Under the pieces are notes generated by a model. It ran no database searches. It worked only from the letters and a program-made list of their open reading frames with translations, and was not told where the DNA came from. A DNA stretch of 64,000 nucleotides, from positions 87,187 through 151,186 of the forward strand of contig JAGMAD010000006.1 of the NCBI GenBank assembly GCA_023130975.1, given 5' to 3'. The translations under genes and the position numbers were made by a program. Origin of the DNA: Candidatus Parcubacteria bacterium (lineage in GTDB: Bacteria; Patescibacteriota; Minisyncoccia; Minisyncoccales; JAGMDC01). The stretch's first letter is position 1. Each line of letters opens with the position of its first letter. Shown here one piece after another: positions 44,227 to 50,170 of this stretch.

Positions 44227-45549
44227 ATGAATAAAAAAATAACTGGTCAAATTGTAATATTGCCGACTAAGCTTTCTAATCTTCAAAAGAAAGTAAAAAA
44301 TATTTCTGATTTCAAAAAAAACATTGAAACGGTTTTAGAAAAAAACATTACTGAAATTCTGGAAAATATTTTAGTCGGAGCAATAAATTTAGATGCTTCA
44401 GATATCCATATTGAGCCGAGAAAAAAAGAAACAAAAATCAGGATAAGGATTGACGGCATACTCCAAGAAGTTATTTCTCTCCAGAAAGATATATACCAAG
44501 CCCTGGTTTCCAGGATTAAACTCTTAAGCGGTATAAAACTAAATATTTCTGACCGTGCTCAGGACGGCAGATTTTCTATTATTTTTCAAAAAAGCCAGAA
44601 AGAAAAGGAAGACAAGGAAACCATTGAAATCAGAACCTCTTTCCTGCCTTCTGAGCACGGGGAGTCAATTGTTTTAAGAATTTTAAATCCTAAATCCCTG
44701 ATTGAGATTGAGGCCTTGGGATTAAGAAAGGACTTGCTGGCTATTGTTTTGCAAGAGATAAAAAGGCGGAATGGAATGGTTATTGTGACTGGCCCCACTG
44801 GCTCTGGAAAGACCACCACCCTTTACACTTTTCTAAAAAAAATTCAAAGACCGCAAATTAAAATCATAACCATTGAAGACCCGATTGAATATCATCTCAA
44901 AGGAACTTCCCAGACCCAAGTAAAGCCGGAAAAAGGATATGATTTTGCCAATGGTCTCCGTTCTATTATGAGACAGGACCCGGACGTCATTCTGGTGGGA
45001 GAAATCAGGGATTTGGAAACAACTAAAATTGCTATTCAGTCAGCCCTGACCGGCCATTTAGTTTTGACCACCTTACATACTAACGATGCTGCTGGAACCA
45101 TTGCCCGGTTAATTAATTTGGGCGCTAAAGCGGGCAATATTGGACCGGCTGTCAACGTGGTGATTGCCCAAAGATTGGTAAGAAAAGTTTGTCAGAAATG
45201 CGGTAAATTAGAAAAAGCCTCTAAGATAGAAATGGAAAAAATAAAAAAGGGCTTGAAGGGTATTTCCAAAGAAGTTAAAGTTCCAAAAATTGGCCAGGGG
45301 TTGAAAATTTTAAAAGCAAAAGGATGCCGGCACTGCAACTGGACTGGTTACAGAGAAAGGACAGGAATTTTTGAAGTGATTTTGATTGACGAGGAAGTGG
45401 AAAAATTTATTTTAGAAAATCTTTCTATTGCCGCTTTGAGAGAAAAGGCGCTGAAAAAAGGAATGGTAACAATAAGGCAGGACGGCTTGCTTAAGATTTT
45501 AAGCAAAGAGACCAGCATAGAAGAAGTAGAAAGGGTGACTGGAGAATAA
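44227..45549 (+). CDS. pilB: PilB/GspE-family pilus assembly ATPase
   Basis: Walker A GPTGSGKTTTLY, Asp/His boxes and a C-terminal CxxC..CxxC zinc motif. The ATG at 44227 (MNKKITGQ) is preferred over the track TTG at 44197, which lies in the repeat. Confidence 0.85.
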   Translation: MNKKITGQIVILPTKLSNLQKKVKNISDFKKNIETVLEKNITEILENILVGAINLDASDIHIEPRKKETKIRIRIDGILQEVISLQKDIYQALVSRIKLLSGIKLNISDRAQDGRFSIIFQKSQKEKEDKETIEIRTSFLPSEHGESIVLRILNPKSLIEIEALGLRKDLLAIVLQEIKRRNGMVIVTGPTGSGKTTTLYTFLKKIQRPQIKIITIEDPIEYHLKGTSQTQVKPEKGYDFANGLRSIMRQDPDVILVGEIRDLETTKIAIQSALTGHLVLTTLHTNDAAGTIARLINLGAKAGNIGPAVNVVIAQRLVRKVCQKCGKLEKASKIEMEKIKKGLKGISKEVKVPKIGQGLKILKAKGCRHCNWTGYRERTGIFEVILIDEEVEKFILENLSIAALREKALKKGMVTIRQDGLLKILSKETSIEEVERVTGE

Positions 45550-45719
45550 ACCCCCCACCACTTTTGTTCCAAAAGTGGTGGGGGGAAAAATAGCCCAAGG
45601 CTGGGGGCAAAACTTCAGTTTAAAACCATAGTTCAGAATTTCTCTGAGGAATAATCCGGCACTACCTGGGTTATCCGTTAACTAAGGGAAATTCCTACGT
45701 CCCCAGCCTTGGGCTATCT
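45543..45719 (-). ncRNA. Candidate small structured RNA (about 175 nt), identity unknown
   Basis: It has its own TTGACA-16-TATAAT promoter. A 17-bp perfect closing helix (45590-45606 with 45701-45717) encloses about 94 nt containing short hairpins. It ends with U5, a 15-bp GC hairpin and UUUAUU. Confidence 0.5.
45551..45585 (-). terminator. GC-rich hairpin (family 2 palindrome), U-tract on the minus strand only
   Basis: Sequence is CCCCCCACCACTTTT-gttcc-AAAAGTGGTGGGGGG. The minus strand continues TTTATTCTCC and the plus strand continues AAAAATAG. Confidence 0.65.
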
Positions 45720-45725
45720 ACCTTA

Positions 45726-45753
45726 ATTATAATGGATATTATGAATTTGTCAA
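45726..45753 (-). promoter_or_regulatory. Consensus sigma70-type promoter pointing at the candidate sRNA
   Basis: The minus strand reads TTGACA (45753-45748), a 16-nt spacer, then TATAAT (45731-45726). Confidence 0.6.
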
Positions 45754-45799
45754 CCCCCACACCAAACGAACATAGCTCTGTTATGGTGTGGGGGTTGAC
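45749..45799. repeat. GC-rich palindromic element (family 1): GTCAACCCCCACACCA..TGGTGTGGGGGTTGAC
   Basis: 16-bp arms with a 19-nt spacer. It shares CCCCCACACCAAACGA(A/G)CAT with the element at 48296-48363. Confidence 0.85.
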
Positions 45800-46982
45800 C
45801 CTTTTGTTTTTGTTTGTTGGTTTTTTGTTTTTTGGAGTCGGTTTTAATACCGATTTTATTTTAGCTGATGAATCGTCTAAGGTAGTAATCAACGAAATTG
45901 CATGGATGGGCACAAAAGAGTCGTATAACAATGAGTGGATTGAATTATACAATAATAGTGAGACGTCTGTAAATCTTGACGGCTGGATATTAAAAACTAA
46001 TGACGGCAGTCCGGAAATTGAATTAACAGGCAGAATCTCGGCTAAAAGTTTTTATTTATTGGAAAGAACTGACGACGAAACAGTAGCTAGTATTTTAGCT
46101 GACCAAATCTATAAAGGAGGATTGGCTAACAAAGGCGAATATTTGAAGCTTTTTGATGAACAGGGAAATTTGATTGACGAAGTGGAATGTTCTGATGGTT
46201 GGTTTGCCGGAGACAATAAGACCAAACAAACAATGGAAAGGTCTGTTGAAGTCAAACTTCAACAACCTCATTGGCAGACAAGCCAAAATCCCGGGGGCAC
46301 ACCAAAAAAACAGAATAGTCAGCTAGCTGAGGAAGCGGTTGAGGTCAAGCCTAAACATCCTCAAGGAATTATTACCTATCCTGGTGGTATAGTTGTGAAC
46401 GAAGTACTCCCCTCTCCTGAAGGCCCTGATGCAGAAAATGAATGGATAGAAATTTTCAATGAAAATATCTTTGAGGTTGACATTTCTGGTTGGAAAATTT
46501 CTGACACAGTAGGCAGTGTTAAGAGTTATACTTTTTCCAAAGGAATAAAAATTTCCGGCAAAGGGTTTTTGCTTTTCAACAGGCCAGAAACAAAAATTAC
46601 TTTGAATAATAGCGGTGAAGGAATAAAAATTTTTAACCCTAATGGAGAAATCGCTGATGAGATAAATTTTGGAAAAGCGCTTTTGGGACAGTCGTATAAT
46701 AAGTTTGAGTCTCAATGGCAGTGGTCAGAAAATTTAACACCCGGCTCTGCGAACATCGCTTCTGAAATAAAAAAAGAAATTTCAGAAGACAGTGCCCCAG
46801 AGATTATAGAGAAGAATCTGGAGGAGAACAAAAATCCTCTCTTATTATCTTCGCTGTTAGGATCTCCGTTGTCAAAGAAGAACAAGAATCCTTTATTTAA
46901 ATTGTTAATGATTGCTTTATCTATTGCTGTTTGTTTTGGTTTTTTAATTTTATTTTTAAAAAAGAAATTGAAAACTGATTAA
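45783..46982 (+). CDS. Lamin-tail-domain (LTD) protein with two LTD modules and a C-terminal TM helix
   Basis: Contains VVINEIAWMG..NEWIELYN..LDGW and IVVNEVLPSP..NEWIEIFN..ISGW. The probable start is the ATG at 45783 (MVWGLTLLFLFVGF signal anchor), and the track start is 45732. Confidence 0.6.
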   Translation: MVWGLTLLFLFVGFLFFGVGFNTDFILADESSKVVINEIAWMGTKESYNNEWIELYNNSETSVNLDGWILKTNDGSPEIELTGRISAKSFYLLERTDDETVASILADQIYKGGLANKGEYLKLFDEQGNLIDEVECSDGWFAGDNKTKQTMERSVEVKLQQPHWQTSQNPGGTPKKQNSQLAEEAVEVKPKHPQGIITYPGGIVVNEVLPSPEGPDAENEWIEIFNENIFEVDISGWKISDTVGSVKSYTFSKGIKISGKGFLLFNRPETKITLNNSGEGIKIFNPNGEIADEINFGKALLGQSYNKFESQWQWSENLTPGSANIASEIKKEISEDSAPEIIEKNLEENKNPLLLSSLLGSPLSKKNKNPLFKLLMIALSIAVCFGFLILFLKKKLKTD

Positions 46983-47021
46983 AAATTTGGTAAGATAGAA
47001 GCATAATAGATTAAAAAAATT

Positions 47022-47759
47022 ATGTCAGGCCATTCACATTTTTCAAGTATCAAACATAAAAAAGAGATTACCGATGCTAAGCGGGGCAAGATTTTTTCTA
47101 AATTAGCCCGGCAGATTTCTGTTGCTGTCAGAGAAAAAGGAAGCGATCCAGAAACTAATTCTGGTTTGCGTTTGGTTATTGAAAAAGCCAAATCTGTCAA
47201 TATGCCTAAAGACAACATTGAAAGAGCCATAAAAAGAGGAACAGGCGAATTAGCAGAAGAAAAGTTAGAGGAAGTAATGTATGAGGCCTATGGTCCGGGC
47301 GGAATAGCTATTATTATTGAAGGAATTACTGACAATAAAAACAGGGCTTTAGGAGAAATTAAGCAGATTTTAAATCAGGCAGGAGGGAAATTAGCTGACA
47401 GCGGTTCAGTAAAATGGATGTTTGAAAGGAAAGGAGCAATAATCATAGAAATTCCGAAATCCGAAATCCGAAATCCGAAATTTAAAGAAAATTTAGAATT
47501 AAAAGTTATTGAGGCAGGCGCAGATGATATTTATTGGCATAACGAGACATTAGATGTTTACACCAAACCCGAGGACTTGGAAAAGGTTAAGAAAAATTTG
47601 GAAGAGCAAGGAATCAGGGCTGAGTCCGCTTCATTGGATTGGGTGGCAAAAGATGAAATTAAATTAGAAGAAAAAGAAGCAAAAGCAGCTGAAAGATTAT
47701 TTGAATTATTGGACGAAAACGAAGCAGTTCAAGAAATTTATTCTAATCTTAAAACATAA
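47022..47759 (+). CDS. yebC: YebC/PmpR-family transcriptional regulator
   Basis: 245-aa ORF starting MSGHSHFSSIKHKKEITDAKRGKIFSKLAR. Confidence 0.92.
   Translation: MSGHSHFSSIKHKKEITDAKRGKIFSKLARQISVAVREKGSDPETNSGLRLVIEKAKSVNMPKDNIERAIKRGTGELAEEKLEEVMYEAYGPGGIAIIIEGITDNKNRALGEIKQILNQAGGKLADSGSVKWMFERKGAIIIEIPKSEIRNPKFKENLELKVIEAGADDIYWHNETLDVYTKPEDLEKVKKNLEEQGIRAESASLDWVAKDEIKLEEKEAKAAERLFELLDENEAVQEIYSNLKT
47464..47491. repeat. (CCGAAAT)x4 inside yebC
   Basis: Read directly from the sequence. It encodes IPKSEIRNPKF in frame. Confidence 0.9.
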
Positions 47760-47761
47760 CT

Positions 47762-48256
47762 ATGATTATTATAGGTATTGATCCGGGAACTGCCACAACC
47801 GGATATGGAATTATAAAGGCGAAAAACCTAAAGCGAAAAGCGAAAAATAATTTAAAATGCCTGGGTTACGGCTGCATTAAAACCAGTCCGGAATTTAGCG
47901 ACGGCGAACGATTAAAAAAAATAAATCAGGAACTAAACAAAATAATTCGAAAATATAAACCAAAAGTTTTAGCAGTAGAAAATGTTTATTTTTTTAAAAA
48001 CCTGAAAACCGCCATGCCAGTAAGTCAGGCCAAAGGAGTAATATTATTCACGGCCAGCCGTAAAAAAATTCCTATTTATGAATTTACACCACCCCAGGTT
48101 AAAATGGCGATTACGGGCTACGGAAGGGCAGAGAAAAAAGAGATTCAGAAAACAATAAAAAGCATTCTGAATTTAAAAGAAATACCAAAATCAGATGACG
48201 CGGCAGATGCTTTAGCCATAGCGGTCTGTTATACAATCCTTGTAAAAACGAGTTAA
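47762..48256 (+). CDS. ruvC: Holliday junction resolvase RuvC
   Basis: 164-aa ORF starting MIIIGIDPGTATTGYGII and containing ..AVENVYF.. and ..DAADALAIA. Confidence 0.9.
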   Translation: MIIIGIDPGTATTGYGIIKAKNLKRKAKNNLKCLGYGCIKTSPEFSDGERLKKINQELNKIIRKYKPKVLAVENVYFFKNLKTAMPVSQAKGVILFTASRKKIPIYEFTPPQVKMAITGYGRAEKKEIQKTIKSILNLKEIPKSDDAADALAIAVCYTILVKTS

Positions 48257-48283
48257 TGTTTAGAGTTTGAGCCTCTAAACATT
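48255..48283 (+). terminator. Hairpin AATGTTTAGAG/CTCTAAACATT overlapping the ruvC stop codon
   Basis: 11-bp stem with a 7-nt loop. It uses the same sequence as the hairpin at 16372-16400. Confidence 0.5.
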
Positions 48284-48295
48284 GAAAGGGGTTGA

Positions 48296-48363
48296 CCCCC
48301 ACACCAAACGAGCATAAATTTCATTTGTTTGCGCATAGCGCAATGCTCGTTGTGGTGTGGGGG
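48296..48363. repeat. GC-rich palindromic element (family 1), about 20-bp arms with one bulge
   Basis: CCCCCACACCAAACGAGCAT pairs with ATGCTCGTTGTGGTGTGGGGG. An inner hairpin TTGCGC-ata-GCGCAA is present. GGGGTTGAC flanks both sides. Confidence 0.85.
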
Positions 48364-48391
48364 TTGACAAGATATCTAAAAAAAATATAAT
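48364..48391 (+). promoter_or_regulatory. Consensus sigma70-type promoter for the small acidic protein gene
   Basis: TTGACA (48364-48369), a 16-nt spacer, then TATAAT (48386-48391), directly abutting the 3' arm of the palindrome. Confidence 0.6.
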
Positions 48392-48479
48392 GGTGGTATA
48401 GATAGGAAAAGGTCGATAACAATTAGAATAGAAATTAAAAATCACTCTTTTTTTATAAAGAGTGATATACTTTAAAATT

Positions 48480-48761
48480 ATGATTTACGAATTTATTGGT
48501 CAAGACACAGAAGGAGGAGGAGAAGAGGAAGAAAAAGAGAAAACTCCTGCTTCTACCGAAGAAGAAACTGGTTCTGAAGAAGTAACTAGCCAGGACACAG
48601 GAGTAGGAACTCCTGAAGAAGGTACTACTGAAGGTACTCCTGAAAGCGCTCCTGAAGGCGCTCCTGAAACTGAAGAAGGTAAGAGAGAAGAAGAGAAAGA
48701 GGGTGAAAAAGAAGGTGAAGAGGGCGAAAAAGAAGAAGAGGGAGAAACTCCGGTTGTATAA
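48480..48761 (+). CDS. Small polyacidic low-complexity protein (Glu/Gly/Thr/Pro-rich)
   Basis: Sequence is MIYEFIGQDTEGGGEEEEKEKTPASTEEETGSEEV..EGEKEEEGETPVV. It is bracketed by a consensus promoter and a strong terminator. The track start is the GTG at 48462. Coding status is not certain. Confidence 0.4.
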   Translation: MIYEFIGQDTEGGGEEEEKEKTPASTEEETGSEEVTSQDTGVGTPEEGTTEGTPESAPEGAPETEEGKREEEKEGEKEGEEGEKEEEGETPVV

Positions 48762-48765
48762 TTTT

Positions 48766-48790
48766 AAAACCCCGCTTTCGGCGGGGTTTT
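48766..48790. terminator. Bidirectional intrinsic terminator AAAACCCCGC-tttcg-GCGGGGTTTT
   Basis: GC stem flanked by A4 and T4, lying between convergent genes. Confidence 0.8.
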
Positions 48791-49967
48791 AAAATATTTT
48801 AACAAATCTTCTCTTGCCTGCTTGAATTATCATCCCCTTTTTTGTCTTAATATCTTTCTGCCAGTCATCTTGAACTTTATTATCAATTTTCACTCCTTTT
48901 TGTAAAATTAATCTTTTAGCTTCTGATTTTGAGGGGGCTATTTTTGTTTCAACAAGTAGTTCTAATATATTCAATGACTTTTCTGTAATTTTGATTTCAG
49001 GAATTTTAGAAGGCAGTTTTTTTTCTTTAAAAATCTTGTTAAATTCCTGTTCGGCAGATATGGCTTTTTTTTCTCCATGATGTGTTTTGACTATCTCTTT
49101 AGCTAACCTTGCCTTGGCGCTTCTTGGATTGGTTATTTTCTTAACTTCATCCATTGAAACTCTAGCACAAAGCTCAAAACCTACATTGATTAAACTGTCC
49201 GGCCACCTCATTATCTTGCCATACATTTCTTTCGGACTTTCGTCTAAATTAATCATATTTGCTTCTGTTTTCCCCATCTTTTTCCCTGTGGGATCAACTA
49301 ATAACTTAGTTGTTAAAACAAACTTTTCCTTATTTTTTAACTTTTTCATTAGTGTCCGGCCAGCCAGCATATTAAAGGTTTGATCATTGCCGCCAATTTG
49401 CATATCAACATTCATAGTGACTGCGTCGTAAGCTTGAAATATTGGGTATAAAAACTCATGTAAATGAATATCCTTACCTGCTTTTATCCGTTTCTGAAAC
49501 ATATCTCTTTCTAATAATCGAGCCACAGTAAACTTAGAAGCCAACTCAAGCATGTCTTTGGGCTTCAATTTATTAGTCCATTCTTCGTTGTGTAGAAACT
49601 CAATATTGAACTTTTTAATGTCTAAAATTTTACCAATTTGATTTTTATAATTTTTGGCGTTTTCTAAAACTTGTTCACGGGTCAATGGTTTTCTCGGCGA
49701 GCTCTTATCGGTCGGGTCACCAATGGTAGCTGTAAAATCGCCTATTAAAACAATGATTTCGTGTCCTAAATCTTGAAATTGGCGCAACTTCTCTAAAACT
49801 ACCCCATGGCCAAGATGAAGTTTGCCTGTTGGGTCAATGCCGTTATAAATTCGAAGCTTTTTGCCGGACTTCAAGACTTTTTCCAATTCTCGACGACTTG
49901 GATAGATGCTCTCTACTCCTCGTGTTAAAACCTCTTCAATTTTTTTTGGATTGGTATCTACTTTCAT
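48789..49967 (-). CDS. tyrS: Tyrosyl-tRNA synthetase
   Basis: Contains GIDPTGKLHLGH (HIGH motif), KMGKT (KMSKS motif) and a C-terminal S4-like domain. The ATG at 49967 (MKVDTNPKKIEEVLTRG) gives the usual N-terminal length. The track start at 50042 adds 25 atypical residues. Confidence 0.9.
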   Translation of the reverse strand: MKVDTNPKKIEEVLTRGVESIYPSRRELEKVLKSGKKLRIYNGIDPTGKLHLGHGVVLEKLRQFQDLGHEIIVLIGDFTATIGDPTDKSSPRKPLTREQVLENAKNYKNQIGKILDIKKFNIEFLHNEEWTNKLKPKDMLELASKFTVARLLERDMFQKRIKAGKDIHLHEFLYPIFQAYDAVTMNVDMQIGGNDQTFNMLAGRTLMKKLKNKEKFVLTTKLLVDPTGKKMGKTEANMINLDESPKEMYGKIMRWPDSLINVGFELCARVSMDEVKKITNPRSAKARLAKEIVKTHHGEKKAISAEQEFNKIFKEKKLPSKIPEIKITEKSLNILELLVETKIAPSKSEAKRLILQKGVKIDNKVQDDWQKDIKTKKGMIIQAGKRRFVKIF

Positions 49968-49984
49968 ATTGTCATCATAAAAAC

Positions 49985-50006
49985 CTGCCTTGCTAACGCT
50001 CGGCAG
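49985..50006 (-). promoter_or_regulatory. Terminator-like hairpin in the tyrS leader
   Basis: The minus strand reads CUGCC-gagcguuagcaa-GGCAG followed by GUUUUUAUGAUGACAAUAUG, which ends in the start codon. Confidence 0.4.
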
Positions 50007-50074
50007 AACCTTGTAATTGTTTCGTTCGGTTACCAAACACATAAAGTATTATGTGCTTGGTCTCCTCGCTCACA

Positions 50075-50103
50075 ATTATAGCAAAATTAGAAAAATTTGC
50101 CAA
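50075..50103 (-). promoter_or_regulatory. Sigma70-type promoter for tyrS
   Basis: The minus strand reads TTGGCA (50103-50098), a 17-nt spacer, then TATAAT (50080-50075). Confidence 0.55.
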
Positions 50104-50170
50104 ATCAAGTTGAATAAATTAGAATTAGAAATAAGAATTGATAATCACTAATAACTGATAATTGATCATT

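Noticed and set aside
45543-45719. Assigning the candidate sRNA to a known class (SRP/4.5S, 6S, tmRNA, RNase P RNA, Y RNA, retron msr/msd)
   Set aside because: It lacks the SRP domain IV GGAA tetraloop/AGCA motif. It has no tRNA-like acceptor end for tmRNA or Y RNA and is far too short for RNase P RNA. It lacks the central-bubble architecture and length of 6S, and no adjacent RT supports a retron. The identity is left open and not forced.
45695-45952. The 85-aa minus-strand ORF overlapping the candidate sRNA promoter region
   Set aside because: It is antisense to the 5' part of the LTD gene and has no recognisable features. It would start upstream of the consensus minus-strand promoter. The structured, terminator-ended RNA interpretation fits the signals better.
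49968-50103. Calling the tyrS leader a canonical T-box riboswitch
   Set aside because: At about 100 nt the leader is too short. The UAC sits in a terminal rather than an internal specifier loop. I cannot find the conserved 14-nt T-box sequence or a convincing antiterminator. It is reported only as an uncharacterised attenuator candidate.
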